The notes: generated by a model not told the origin, from the sequence alone. A DNA stretch of 32,000 nucleotides from Candidatus Thorarchaeota archaeon (GCA_003345555.1 PRDJ01000010.1:30001-62000); one strand, 5' to 3'. Counted from the first letter of the stretch, positions 1-9,837 are shown. Numbers and translations are program-made.

Positions 1-1
1 A

Positions 2-1387
2 AGAGATGGTTCTGGTGTCTGGGGAAAGGACACGAGTGTGACCACCAGTCAGCTCCTTCAAGAAACAGATTCGCAAGCGGAAGTGGCGTGTATAGGTCCC
101 GCTGGAGAGCACGGAGTCAAGCTGGCCGCAATAATCACTGACCGACATCGTGCTGCTGGACGTGGCGGCGTTGGGGCAGTCATGGGGTCAAAGAATCTGA
201 AAGCTGTGGTTGTCCGAGGGACGACCAAAGTGGCAGTTAGCGACGAAGAAGGTCTGAACAAGACCGTCGAGCGAGCCCGTCGTCTCATAAAGAAGAATCA
301 GGTAACCGACAAGTCGCTGCCAATCTACGGGACGCCAGTCTTGGTTAGTCTTATCAATGAGCATGGAATGCTGCCCACCTTCAATTTCCAAGAGGGAACA
401 TTCAACGATGCTGAAGGTGTTTCCGGAGAGAAACTGCTAGAACGCTTCTCCGTTCGCCAGTATCATTGCTTCGGGTGCCCTATTGGCTGCGGGCGGATAA
501 GTCGACTTGGCGGGGAGGAGGTCGGTGGACCCGAATATGAGAGCCTATGGGCATTGGGTCCGGAGTGCGGCATAAACGACCTCGAGTGGATTATCACAGC
601 GAACAATCGCTGCAATCTCATGGGTCTCGACACAATATCCGTCGGGAGCACTGTCGGTTGTGCAATGGAACTTACTCAGAAGGGCAAGCTGGATTCTTCC
701 CTCAGATTTGGTGAGACCGAAGGCGTACTCGAGCTCATTGACGATATTGCATTCAGAAAAGGTCTAGGAGCAGAGCTCGGCGAGGGATCCAGAGCCTTTG
801 CTTCGAACCATGGTTCTCCAGAATTGGCCATGCAGGTCAAGGCTCTTGAGCTGCCGGCATATGACCTCCGAGGGGTTCAAGGCCATGCGCTGGGTTCTGC
901 AACTTCCAACCGCGGCGGCTGCCATCTGAGGTCCTATCTCATTGGACCTGAGGTTATGGGCGCTCCGGTCCTTGTAGATCGCGACCGGACAGAGGGTAAG
1001 CCAGAGTTGGTTATTCTCTTTCAGAATCTCTCGGCCGCTATGGACTCGATGGTGCTCTGCAGATTCACAAGTTTCGCTTGGAGTATCGACGACTATGCCG
1101 AGATGCTGACCAACTGCACCGGGGTTCGGATCTCTGGTCCTAGTCTTCTTGTCATCGGAGAGCGTATCTGGAACCTTGAACGTTTATTCAATAACCGGGA
1201 GGGTTTCACTTCCCGAGATGATCAGTTACCGCCGCGTTTCTTCAAACCGCTACCTGAAGGCGGTTCACGGAATCGAGTTGTCCATCTCGAAGAGATGCTG
1301 CCCAAGTACTATGCTCTCCGGGGCTGGGACAAAGAAGGTCGTCCAACTAAGGAGCGGCTCAAACGCGTTGGTATTGACAAGACCTAG
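2..1387 (+). CDS. aor: Tungsten-containing aldehyde:ferredoxin oxidoreductase family protein (5'-partial, starts before the window)
   Basis: Frame is open from position 2 (RDGSGVWGKDTSVTT, matching the AOR 'LWGKDT' region). Motifs IGPAGE, AAGRGGVGAVMGSKNLKAV, CFGCPIGC, GPEYE, DTISVG, RGGCH. Confidence 0.92.
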   Translation, partial: RDGSGVWGKDTSVTTSQLLQETDSQAEVACIGPAGEHGVKLAAIITDRHRAAGRGGVGAVMGSKNLKAVVVRGTTKVAVSDEEGLNKTVERARRLIKKNQVTDKSLPIYGTPVLVSLINEHGMLPTFNFQEGTFNDAEGVSGEKLLERFSVRQYHCFGCPIGCGRISRLGGEEVGGPEYESLWALGPECGINDLEWIITANNRCNLMGLDTISVGSTVGCAMELTQKGKLDSSLRFGETEGVLELIDDIAFRKGLGAELGEGSRAFASNHGSPELAMQVKALELPAYDLRGVQGHALGSATSNRGGCHLRSYLIGPEVMGAPVLVDRDRTEGKPELVILFQNLSAAMDSMVLCRFTSFAWSIDDYAEMLTNCTGVRISGPSLLVIGERIWNLERLFNNREGFTSRDDQLPPRFFKPLPEGGSRNRVVHLEEMLPKYYALRGWDKEGRPTKERLKRVGIDKT

Positions 1388-1433
1388 GTCAAGCCGCGTT
1401 CGTGACGAATGACCAAGACCATGAAGATGGGGA

Positions 1434-3395
1434 TTGATTCAACTGGCAAGAGGACTGAACCGCGGAAGGAAGTTTCGTCGTGGACATGCACCGTACCTGA
1501 CAAGAATCAGGTTCTATTGGTGTGAGAGCTGCAATGTTCCCCGAATCGCCAATACCCGGTGCTCTGTTTGTGGAGGCTCGCCAAGACCTGTTGGGTTATC
1601 CCCTCCTGGTGATCCCTATCCGGCGATGGATGGCCATCTTAAACGCGCAAAGAAGACCATCGACCGGCAGTTTGGAGATGGCATTGGCCAAGCGTTGTTG
1701 CCCTCCACGAAGACCATAGTCATGAATAAGGTGTCATCACTGGATGCCATGTATGAAATCATTGTTGATGGTCATGTGGTAGGTCGATTGAGATTCGATA
1801 TTCCTCAGTGTGACTATACATTCGTGCTGTCACTTGAGGGTGGCCGAAGGATTGGTGCCTTGAGGGCTCAGAAATGGGTCTCATGTCAAGATGGTGTTCT
1901 AGAGTACCTCAAGAAGGGGGCCAACCTACTGGTTCCTGGTATCATAGACTGCGACACGGCCATTGATGCAGGTGATGAAGTTTGGCTGATGGACTCGCAG
2001 CACCAAGTGATTGGCGTGGGAGTGGCCCGCATGACGGGCGCGCAGATAAGAGAATCCAAGACAGGCTATGCTGTCAAGATACGAGAAGTGGATGATCCAC
2101 GCGAACAATCACTCAACACCCATGCTTCCTCGTGGGACGGGGCTGTAGATGCAAACCTTGCTGACTTGCGTGCGATAGAAGCCGAAGCTATCAGCTTCAT
2201 TCGAAGCACCTCTGAGCAGTTGGGTACTAACGTAGTGGTGGGATTCAGTGGAGGAAAGGACTCTCTCGTAACCTATCTTCTTTCTGAGAAGGCCCTGAAT
2301 AGGAGTCCTCCCGTGTTTTTCACTGACACGGGCCTAGAACTGCCTGAGACCGTATCCTATGTGAGGGAGTTTGCCAATAGCCGCAGTGTGCAAATCATTG
2401 GACACAGTGCCGGCGAGCAGTTCTGGAACTCTGTCGAAGTTTTCGGTCCGCCTGCTCGCGACTTCCGCTGGTGCTGCAAGGTGCTGAAGCTTGGTCCAGC
2501 AGCAAAATCGATAGCAGAAGAGCTAGGTGGAAAAGCCTTAGTTCTCATGGGTCAGAGAAAGCTGGAATCCTTTCAACGTTCTGTCGAACCTAGAGTAGCA
2601 TCTAATCCGTGGGTTCCGGGGCAGCTTTCTGCAAGTCCAATCCACAATTGGAATGCGCTCGAAGTATGGTTGTACGTCTTCAAAGAAAAGGCAAAGTTCA
2701 ACCTGCTCTACAACAGAGGCTTTCTGAGGATGGGATGCTACCTCTGTCCAGCCACTCCCATGGCTGAGCTCGAGAGTCTTGCGGAGACACATCCTCTTCT
2801 TTACGAACGGTGGTATGGGAAACTGAGGGAGTGGGCAGAGAGATACGGGTTTCCAGAAGAATGGGCTAAGCTCGGTTTTTGGCGATGGAAGAAACTGCCG
2901 AACGGTCAAATGAACTTGATTAATGAATTGGGACTAAAGGTGAAGGCCGATCGGCAAGCGCCATCGCAGACCTTGGAGCTAAACATTGTGAAGGGAGTCT
3001 CTCCATGCACGTCTTCTGGCTTCAGCTTGGAAGGTCAGTTCTCCACAGGAGTAGATCTCAACAGAGTCTCAAAGATCATGCCCATCTTTGGCACTACTCA
3101 CTATTCTGAGGATTTGGGCGCTCTCAGGACAAACGCCGACGATGCCAATATAACGCTCTTTAGTTCGGGCTCTCTAATCGTACGTGGTGACAATGAAGAA
3201 AAAGTTGGACTAGTAGCTGGCCAACTGGAGCGCGCCGTCCGACGCGCTATGTTTTGTCAAGCGTGTGGCTCCTGTGTACCACAGTGCGAACAGGCCGCGT
3301 TGGACCTGCAGGAAGGCAGAATATCGGTCGACGAGAGCAAGTGCGTTCACTGCTTGAAATGTGATAGCTGGCCATGCCCCACTTATTTGGGGTAG
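1434..3395 (+). CDS. PAPS/APS-reductase-family protein with N-terminal Zn-ribbon and PUA domain and C-terminal 4Fe-4S ferredoxin-like domain
   Basis: N-terminal CESC...CSVC; PUA-like KGANLLVPGII...GDEV; PP-loop FSGGKDS; RWCCKVLK and RMGCYLCP cluster motifs; C-terminal CQACGSCVPQC and CVHCLKC...C. TTG start, exact start uncertain. Confidence 0.85.
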   Translation: MIQLARGLNRGRKFRRGHAPYLTRIRFYWCESCNVPRIANTRCSVCGGSPRPVGLSPPGDPYPAMDGHLKRAKKTIDRQFGDGIGQALLPSTKTIVMNKVSSLDAMYEIIVDGHVVGRLRFDIPQCDYTFVLSLEGGRRIGALRAQKWVSCQDGVLEYLKKGANLLVPGIIDCDTAIDAGDEVWLMDSQHQVIGVGVARMTGAQIRESKTGYAVKIREVDDPREQSLNTHASSWDGAVDANLADLRAIEAEAISFIRSTSEQLGTNVVVGFSGGKDSLVTYLLSEKALNRSPPVFFTDTGLELPETVSYVREFANSRSVQIIGHSAGEQFWNSVEVFGPPARDFRWCCKVLKLGPAAKSIAEELGGKALVLMGQRKLESFQRSVEPRVASNPWVPGQLSASPIHNWNALEVWLYVFKEKAKFNLLYNRGFLRMGCYLCPATPMAELESLAETHPLLYERWYGKLREWAERYGFPEEWAKLGFWRWKKLPNGQMNLINELGLKVKADRQAPSQTLELNIVKGVSPCTSSGFSLEGQFSTGVDLNRVSKIMPIFGTTHYSEDLGALRTNADDANITLFSSGSLIVRGDNEEKVGLVAGQLERAVRRAMFCQACGSCVPQCEQAALDLQEGRISVDESKCVHCLKCDSWPCPTYLG

Positions 3396-3490
3396 TCGCG
3401 GACTCGCCGTTGGTTGAAGACTGAAGCAAAGAGCTGGAGGACAGGTCCCTGCCTGTTTTCGTAATATGACGATTGGGGATTCCTCTTCTA

Positions 3491-3507
3491 CAAAAGATTA
3501 ATTAAAA
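3491..3507 (+). promoter_or_regulatory. Putative BRE/TATA promoter of the GT-C gene
   Basis: CAAAAG followed by ATTAATTAAAA, about 60 nt upstream of ATG 3569. Confidence 0.45.
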
Positions 3508-3568
3508 CGTCAGCCCGGGAGCCGATACTAGTTCTTTTTCGCACCAAGAATTACGGCGGTCTCCTAGA

Positions 3569-4909
3569 ATGCTTAGCGCCATCTCATACAAGATATACGA
3601 GATGCGAAAATACTTGGTTCTAAGCATCATCATATCCATAATTGCAATACCAATAGCAGACTCCTTTGTAATCGAGCGTGACCGCAACAGGAATGAGATG
3701 TACGGCGAGGCATTCTGGATTTACGGGTTCGGAGTCTATAACATGACGGACACAGAGGTCGCTGGAGCTCTGCCGGCATTCAACGACACCAGACATACGT
3801 TACCTTCCTATCTTGGCACTGTCACATACGAGTACCCTGTGTTCGGTCTAATCTTCTTCGCTATAGCTACTTGGCTGTTCCCGGGCCAAGAGAGTCAGCT
3901 TCAACACTGGTGGTTGAACTTCCTGCTGGTTCTTGTCTTCAATCTCAACTTGGTGCTGATAGCCATTCTGCTGAAGGACAAAATCTACATCACGAGTTGG
4001 GCGCGTACATTCTTCGGCGGATACTACGTCTACGGCCTGTTGATGTCGGCCGGGGGCGGCAAGAACGAGCCCCTTGCTGACTGCTTGATGCTGATGGCGC
4101 TCGTACTCTGGAAAGAAGGTCAGATGGGAAAAGCGATGTTTGCACTCGGCCTTGCTGTCCAGACCAAGGTATACCCCGGAGTGATCTTTCCGCTTCTCTT
4201 CCTAGACTCGCCAGTATCGTCTGTCTGGTTCATGCTTTCCATGCTCCTCACAGTGATTCCGTTTCTGTTCTTGGGAGCCAATTTCGATTCACTGGTATCC
4301 CATTTTCTGAACACCACAACCTACTCGTCCTACGTTGTGAACCCGATGTACCCGGGTCTCTGGCTTGGCACTCCCGATTTCACACACGATCCAGTGACCT
4401 ATTACTTGTGGCCTCCGGCGCTGATACCGCTCATCCTCTATGCCGCGTTCATGCTCTACACAGTCCGCCTTTACATTCCTAGAAGGAGTGAGTTCCGAGA
4501 CAAGACGCTGCTCCAGAAGGTCCGTGTTTTGATGCCCCTCTATGTGTACCTTCTTCCTTCTATAATGTTCATCTATCGCTGGGTCATGCCTTGGTATCTC
4601 TTCTGGCTCGGCGTCGCGATTTTCGCTTTTGAAAACGATAAGCAGGCAGTCGGTTACCTGAAGGAACTAACCGTCGTAGGCCTGCTGTATGTCTATGGAG
4701 TAGCATGCAATTGGTGGTATTTTGTTAGTGGCCCTCTTCCGGATTTCATGGGCCACTTCACATCCGGCTGGGAAACACTCCTAGGGCTAGCGTTAATGGG
4801 CTTTCTTACATTCGTGTCTTACCGCGTATGGAAGTGGACCTACGAACACAGAGAACAGAAAGTGCGTCTCATTCATGAAGCTCAGGATCGGGGCGAGCTT
4901 GTGATTTGA
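3569..4909 (+). CDS. Polytopic membrane GT-C-fold glycosyltransferase (GT87/PIG-M-like)
   Basis: About 10-12 hydrophobic segments; first extracytoplasmic loop ends in TYEYP; GGKNEP and TKVYP motifs resemble PIG-M/GT87 TYRYTP, RGNAE and KIYP. Confidence 0.6.
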   Translation: MLSAISYKIYEMRKYLVLSIIISIIAIPIADSFVIERDRNRNEMYGEAFWIYGFGVYNMTDTEVAGALPAFNDTRHTLPSYLGTVTYEYPVFGLIFFAIATWLFPGQESQLQHWWLNFLLVLVFNLNLVLIAILLKDKIYITSWARTFFGGYYVYGLLMSAGGGKNEPLADCLMLMALVLWKEGQMGKAMFALGLAVQTKVYPGVIFPLLFLDSPVSSVWFMLSMLLTVIPFLFLGANFDSLVSHFLNTTTYSSYVVNPMYPGLWLGTPDFTHDPVTYYLWPPALIPLILYAAFMLYTVRLYIPRRSEFRDKTLLQKVRVLMPLYVYLLPSIMFIYRWVMPWYLFWLGVAIFAFENDKQAVGYLKELTVVGLLYVYGVACNWWYFVSGPLPDFMGHFTSGWETLLGLALMGFLTFVSYRVWKWTYEHREQKVRLIHEAQDRGELVI

Positions 4910-5372
4910 GTGCTCGTTCTCTGCCGTTCTCGCTGTAGTATTCGATTATCCTTCTTCTGATAATAGTAGAAGAAGATAGTCCGCTCACCTTTCCCTTCTC
5001 AAGCCGTACTATCTTCGTATGTAATCCGTGTTCCGTGATGCTTCTCTCCAGCGCCTCGACGTCAGTCCTCTGGTCGTACCCCAGTGCGACGATATCGGGC
5101 CGGTTGTCAACTACGATTGAGGTATGGTCGTCGGTGTCGTATCCTAGGATTGCTCTGTCAACGATTTTCAAAGACTCAACTAGCCGTCGTCTCTGTTCTT
5201 CAGGAAAAACAGGCGGCGCCCCTCTTTCTCTCTGTATCGTTTTATCCAAAGCAACAACAACAATGAGCTCGCCGTCCGGTCCAGCCAGCTTCTTGGCCTG
5301 TTCGAGATACGCCAAGTGACCAAGGTGAAGAATGTCGAACTTGCCCGCAGTCAGCACTTTCTTGGCAGTCAT
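4869..5372 (-). CDS. ribL: FAD synthase (cytidylyltransferase family)
   Basis: TAGKFDILHLGH (HxGH), LIVVVA, RPDIVALGYDQ, SSS tail; archaeal RibL layout. Overlaps the convergent GT-C gene by 41 bp. Confidence 0.8.
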   Translation of the reverse strand: MTAKKVLTAGKFDILHLGHLAYLEQAKKLAGPDGELIVVVALDKTIQRERGAPPVFPEEQRRRLVESLKIVDRAILGYDTDDHTSIVVDNRPDIVALGYDQRTDVEALERSITEHGLHTKIVRLEKGKVSGLSSSTIIRRRIIEYYSENGRERALKSQARPDPELHE

Positions 5373-5401
5373 AGGCAGGTGACCCCCAAGGGCAGCCTCA
5401 T

Positions 5402-5662
5402 CTAGTCCTCATCAACGGCTAGGAACTCGGTACCTTCTCCGATTATCTCGATGCGCCGTTTTGTTTTTGTGATTTGGCTTACATGTATGAGTCCATTGAT
5501 CTCCAGCTGCATGAGAGCAGAGTTCAACTCGGCTTCGCTTGGTTCGGCTCCGAGTTCCTTCTTGAGTGCACGGTTTAGTTCATCGTCAAGTGTCACACCG
5601 TGACGCTTCTTCAGTATGGTTACTACAAGGCTTCTAAGCGGTACCGCATTCCAACCTGACAA
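5402..5662 (-). CDS. Small winged-helix-like protein of unknown function, downstream of cdc48
   Basis: 86 aa; three predicted helices, then LMQLEINGLIHV and a beta-wing (KRRIEII), and an acidic tail. TTG start with an SD-like GGAAAGTGA; 20 bp from the cdc48 stop. Confidence 0.7.
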   Translation of the reverse strand: MSGWNAVPLRSLVVTILKKRHGVTLDDELNRALKKELGAEPSEAELNSALMQLEINGLIHVSQITKTKRRIEIIGEGTEFLAVDED

Positions 5663-5682
5663 TTCGTATCACTTTCCATTGT

Positions 5683-7875
5683 TCATATGTATCCCGGGGG
5701 CCCGGCAGAAATTGTCGTCGTCCTACGTAGCTCTTGGTTAATCTTCTGGAAGCGCTGAAGGTCTTCCGGTCTCACTGATGGATGAATCGACTTCAGCGCG
5801 TCATCGAAATTCCTCCAAGTGACTCTCTCAGCATTCATGTTTTCTCTGAGTGCGCGCATTCCTGCTTCTCTGCATAGCGCTTCGATGTCTCCTCCAACGA
5901 AATATGGAGTGAGTTCGACGAGCTTCTTGATGTCAACATCTGAGTCAAGAGGCATATCGGCCGTGTAGATTTTGAATATCTCTTCCCTGCCTTTATCGTC
6001 GGGCGCACCGATGTAGACAAACCGATCGAATCGACCGGTGCGAAGAAGGGCTGGGTCAATAAGATCAGGCCTGTTGGTTGCAGCCAGCACAAGCACATCT
6101 TTTGTGGTTTCCAACCCGTCCATTTCTGTCAGAAGTTGGCTAATGACTCTCTCAGTAACGTGACTATCGCCGGCGCTGAATCCTCTTGTGGGAGCTATGG
6201 CATCTATTTCGTCGAAGAATATGATTGCCGGTGCTGCAGTCCTAGCCTTCCGGAAAATCTCCCGAATTGCTTTCTCGCTCTCACCCACCCACTTGGAGAG
6301 GAGTTCCGGTCCCTTCACACTGATGAAGTTCGCTTCGCTCTCTGTAGCCACAGCCCTTGCCAATAGAGTCTTTCCGCATCCGGGGGGGCCAAATATCAAC
6401 ACCCCCTTTGGAGGTGTGATTCCCATGCGCCGAAATGCCTCGGGTTTCTTCAGAGGCCATTCAACTACCTCAATCAACTCCTGTTTCTCTGCAGACAGGC
6501 CACCTATCTCTTCCCATCTAACGTTGGGTATCTCTATGAAGACCTCTCTGACAGCAGAAGGCTGCACTTCTCTGAGAGCTCCGGCAAAATCCTCGACGTT
6601 GACCTCGAGTTGATCGAGGACCTCCTGAGGTATTTCCTCCTCCTCGAGATTTATGTGGGGAAGGTATCTCCTCAGGGCTTTCATGGCGGCTTCTCTGCAG
6701 AGGGCCTGGAGGTCAGCACCTACAAACCCGTGTGTGACCTTGGCGAGATCCTGCAAGTCAACTCGGTTGTCACCGTCTGTTGTGAGCGGCATGCCTCTAG
6801 AATGAATGTGGAGAACCTCTAGCCTGCCTGCTTCGTCAGGAACTCCAATCTCTATCTCTCGGTCGAATCGTCCCGGTCGCCTCAAGGCCGGGTCTAGTGC
6901 ATTGAGTCTGTTCGTCGCTCCAATGACGACTACCTGTCCCCGAGCCTTCAGACCGTCCATGGTAGCAAGCAGTTGGGCGACTACTCGGCGCTCCACCTCT
7001 CCTTGAACTTCCTCTCTCTTCGGCGCTATGGCATCCAGCTCATCGATGAAGATAATGCTTGGAGCGTTCTCTTCAGCGTCCTCGAATATCTTCCTCAGCT
7101 TCTGTTCAGACTCGCCATAGAACTTTGACATGATTTCCGGGCCGTTGATATGAGTGAAATTCGCCTCTGACTCACTGGCTACAGCTTTGGCGAGAAGCGT
7201 CTTCCCTGTGCCCGGCGGTCCATGTAGTATGAGCCCTCGTGGTGGATCTATTCCAAGTCTCTTGAAAATCTCGGGATGGCGCATCGGCAACTCGACCATT
7301 TCCCGGATTCTCTGGATTGGCTCTGCGAGTCCACCGATTTCCTCGTACGTGACTTGAGAAGCGCCGGCTGCCTCCCCTGTCGGCTTTTCTGCAATTCCAA
7401 GGATGGTCGAGTGCTGTACTACGACCGTGCCTACAGGCTTTGTCGAAGTAACCTTGAATGGAATTGCTCGTCCAAGAATCGGTATGAAGACAGTGTCTTG
7501 AGCGCTAACAGGGCAGTTCAAGAGTTTGCGTTTGACGAATTCCTCGAACCTCGGCTCAGGACGGATTGGCACTGAAGTCGGAGCCAGTGTCACGTTCCTA
7601 GCGGGTTCTTCGTTTGCCCGTGCAACTGTCACTTTCTCACTAAGGCTTACGCCAGCATTTCTCCTAATTCGGCCATCCATTCGAATTATCTCGCGGCCCT
7701 TGTCCCCCTGGTACGCAGGCCAGGCAATGGCTGCGGTCATCCTCTTGCCTTTGATTTGTATGATGTCTCCTGTTCTTACGGCGAGGTTCTCCATGGACAC
7801 GGCGTCAATCCTTACGATGAACCTACCAATGTCTCTATGCTCGGCCTCAGCCACTTTGAGTACAATCTCCACCAC
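5683..7875 (-). CDS. cdc48: CDC48/p97/VAT AAA+ ATPase
   Basis: N-domain ([13 protein letters not shown]); D1 [14 protein letters not shown]; D2 [14 protein letters not shown]; [11 protein letters not shown]; C-terminal GYI with penultimate Tyr. GTG start preceded by GGAGG. Confidence 0.97.
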   Translation of the reverse strand: MVEIVLKVAEAEHRDIGRFIVRIDAVSMENLAVRTGDIIQIKGKRMTAAIAWPAYQGDKGREIIRMDGRIRRNAGVSLSEKVTVARANEEPARNVTLAPTSVPIRPEPRFEEFVKRKLLNCPVSAQDTVFIPILGRAIPFKVTSTKPVGTVVVQHSTILGIAEKPTGEAAGASQVTYEEIGGLAEPIQRIREMVELPMRHPEIFKRLGIDPPRGLILHGPPGTGKTLLAKAVASESEANFTHINGPEIMSKFYGESEQKLRKIFEDAEENAPSIIFIDELDAIAPKREEVQGEVERRVVAQLLATMDGLKARGQVVVIGATNRLNALDPALRRPGRFDREIEIGVPDEAGRLEVLHIHSRGMPLTTDGDNRVDLQDLAKVTHGFVGADLQALCREAAMKALRRYLPHINLEEEEIPQEVLDQLEVNVEDFAGALREVQPSAVREVFIEIPNVRWEEIGGLSAEKQELIEVVEWPLKKPEAFRRMGITPPKGVLIFGPPGCGKTLLARAVATESEANFISVKGPELLSKWVGESEKAIREIFRKARTAAPAIIFFDEIDAIAPTRGFSAGDSHVTERVISQLLTEMDGLETTKDVLVLAATNRPDLIDPALLRTGRFDRFVYIGAPDDKGREEIFKIYTADMPLDSDVDIKKLVELTPYFVGGDIEALCREAGMRALRENMNAERVTWRNFDDALKSIHPSVRPEDLQRFQKINQELRRTTTISAGPPGYI

Positions 7876-8049
7876 TGGCTTGACACATCCTCCAAAGTAT
7901 GAGCTCGATTCCAGGAAACAGTGACAGCATGCGTCTGTGTCCTTGGACGTCCTTGTCCTATTTGTTCTTGTCTTGCTCTCTTGAGCATTTCTCTGCCCAC
8001 AAGAACTTCTATGCGGGAGTACGGCGTCTTCGTGCTCGACGCGGCAGAA

Positions 8050-8070
8050 ATCTCATATAAACTCTGAGAT
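8050..8070 (-). promoter_or_regulatory. Putative cdc48 TATA box inside an inverted repeat ATCTCA-N9-TGAGAT
   Basis: Minus strand reads ATCTCA GAG TTTATA TGAGAT. Confidence 0.45.
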
Positions 8071-8091
8071 GAAGAGAAAAGCATTATTCAC

Positions 8092-8373
8092 CTAGACCCT
8101 AGAAACCATCTCAACTTCGACCTGTGCCACGCCTTTCAGAGCCTTGATTGATTCTTCGACGTCATCTGTACCGCCTAGTGATTCATCCTTGGCCACATTC
8201 ATCCTGAGCGCCTTGAGGCCGAAAGCTATAGGCACTATCTCTGTCGCCCTTATCTCCGTACCCTTCGGAATCACTTTTCTTATACGCTTGAGCAGATTGT
8301 CCAAACTGACATCAACGTCTTCGGGCAGAATCTTTAGGGTAATGACTACTCTGGCCACAGTTAGCACACTCAT
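8092..8373 (-). CDS. ef1b: Translation elongation factor aEF-1beta
   Basis: VVITLKILPEDVDV, PIAFGLKAL, VAQVEVEMVSR. Alternative GTG start at 8358. Confidence 0.93.
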   Translation of the reverse strand: MSVLTVARVVITLKILPEDVDVSLDNLLKRIRKVIPKGTEIRATEIVPIAFGLKALRMNVAKDESLGGTDDVEESIKALKGVAQVEVEMVSRV

Positions 8374-8379
8374 TTCTAC

Positions 8380-8547
8380 CTATGGGCCCTCAAAACCGCA
8401 ACTGGGGCACTTGTACCTATTAGAGAAGCGTCTGCAGGACTCACAGCGCCATATCGTGAAACTGCCGCAGGCCGGGCATTGAAACTTGACGCTGTTCTCC
8501 CTTGGGGAGACCGAACCGTGACACGACGTGCATCTGATTGCTTTCAT
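8380..8547 (-). CDS. Zn-finger micro-protein (DUF1610/HVO_2753 family)
   Basis: CTSC...CPACG...RCESCR...[11 protein letters not shown]; this family is habitually found upstream of aEF-1beta. ATG 8547 preferred over the track start at 8568. Confidence 0.88.
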   Translation of the reverse strand: MKAIRCTSCHGSVSPRENSVKFQCPACGSFTIWRCESCRRFSNRYKCPSCGFEGP

Positions 8548-8610
8548 GATCGACAAGATAATCACCAAGGAACTCCAGAGAGTGCTAGTCCTCAGCCTCG
8601 AGCGGAGGGG

Positions 8611-8620
8611 TTTTTATAAA
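8611..8620. promoter_or_regulatory. Bidirectional TATA-like element between the Zn-finger/ef1b unit and fen1
   Basis: TTTTTATAAA reads as a TATA box on both strands in a divergent intergenic region. Confidence 0.5.
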
Positions 8621-8741
8621 TCTACCGAAGAGTCGATGATTGGTAATTAACCTAGAACACTCGATGTGCTGGGATGAGCGGCTCAAACCATATATGGACG
8701 GCCTGCGAGCACCGTGACAGCCCGATTCTGGAGTTGATTCA

Positions 8742-9755
8742 TTGGGAACCAAGCTTGGTGATATCATTAAGGCTGACGTAATATCACTGCGTCAGCTTTC
8801 AGGTCGTGCCATTGCAATAGATGCCTACAACACAATCTACGCTTTCCTATCGACGATTCGTCAGCCTGATGGGACTCCTTTGATGGATAGAAAGGGCCAC
8901 GTAACCAGCCATCTGAGTGGGCTTTTCTATCGAAACCTCAATCTACTTGAAAACGGTGTGCGTCCGATATACGTATTCGATGGTACGGCCCCCGTATTGA
9001 AGGCAGGCGAAGTCCAGCGTAGACGTGAAGTGCGTGATGCCGCTTACCAAGCATGGCAACAGGCCAAGGAAGAGGGACGCATCGAAGATGCTAGAAAGGC
9101 CGCGCAGGCGAGCTCCAAACTTACGTCAGATATGGTGGACGAAAGCAAGGGTCTAATCTCTTCGCTTGGCATTCCGGTCGTTCAGGCTCCGTCTGAGGGC
9201 GAGGCAGTCGCCGCACAGATGGCAAGAGAAGGACATGCATGGGCCAGTGCGAGCCAAGACAATGATTCTCTTCTCTACAACTGTCCTAGAATGATTCGCA
9301 ACCTGACAATCAGCGGACGGCGCCGAATAGCAAGATCGAACGCGTACAGGACCATTGAGCCCGAACTAATAGACTTGGATCTGAACCTGAAGCTGCTAGG
9401 CATCACCAGAGAGCAGCTCATTGACATAGCGATCCTTGTCGGCACTGACTACAACTCGAGTGTGAAGGGAATCGGTCAGAAGACGGCGCTGAAACTGGTG
9501 CGAAAGCACGGCGCACTCGAGAGAATCGTAGCCGAAACAGATACGAAACTAGACTTCGAGTTTCAGGAGATACGCGACATATTCCTAAACCCGCCAAAGA
9601 TACACTTGGATTCTCCCAAGTGGTCTGCCTTGGAGCCTGAGAAGATTGTCAAAATCCTTTGTGATCAGCATGACTTCAGTCTGGACAGAGTTGAAGGGTC
9701 TATGAAGGAGTTTGTCGGTTCATCAGAACAGAGGTCATTGACGGACTACTACTAG
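8742..9755 (+). CDS. fen: Flap endonuclease 1
   Basis: IAIDAYN, TSHLSGLFYR, YVFDG, APSEGEA, SQDND, LVGTDYN, GIGQKTALKL; C-terminal PIP box QRSLTDYY. TTG start with upstream GGAG. Confidence 0.97.
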   Translation: MGTKLGDIIKADVISLRQLSGRAIAIDAYNTIYAFLSTIRQPDGTPLMDRKGHVTSHLSGLFYRNLNLLENGVRPIYVFDGTAPVLKAGEVQRRREVRDAAYQAWQQAKEEGRIEDARKAAQASSKLTSDMVDESKGLISSLGIPVVQAPSEGEAVAAQMAREGHAWASASQDNDSLLYNCPRMIRNLTISGRRRIARSNAYRTIEPELIDLDLNLKLLGITREQLIDIAILVGTDYNSSVKGIGQKTALKLVRKHGALERIVAETDTKLDFEFQEIRDIFLNPPKIHLDSPKWSALEPEKIVKILCDQHDFSLDRVEGSMKEFVGSSEQRSLTDYY

Positions 9756-9787
9756 CCCGAGGTCCTCAGTTGCTGTATTCCGAGAAC

Positions 9788-9804
9788 GATAAATACCGAC
9801 TCAG
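9788..9804 (+). promoter_or_regulatory. TATA plus ACCGACTCAG element, promoter of RPA2-like/aIF2beta
   Basis: GATAAATACCGACTCAG; same motif and spacing as at 11109 and 12891. Confidence 0.5.
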
Positions 9805-9837
9805 ACATCAACGGTTGCGAACAGGTGGATTATAGTC

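Noticed and set aside
3396-3568. SECIS element or selenoprotein
   Set aside because: No recognised CDS in the window has an in-frame TGA at a conserved Cys position, and no clear AUGA/GA kink-turn hairpin was seen.
7812-8084. 90-aa ORF upstream of cdc48
   Set aside because: It spans the predicted TATA box and overlaps cdc48 out of frame; no motif.
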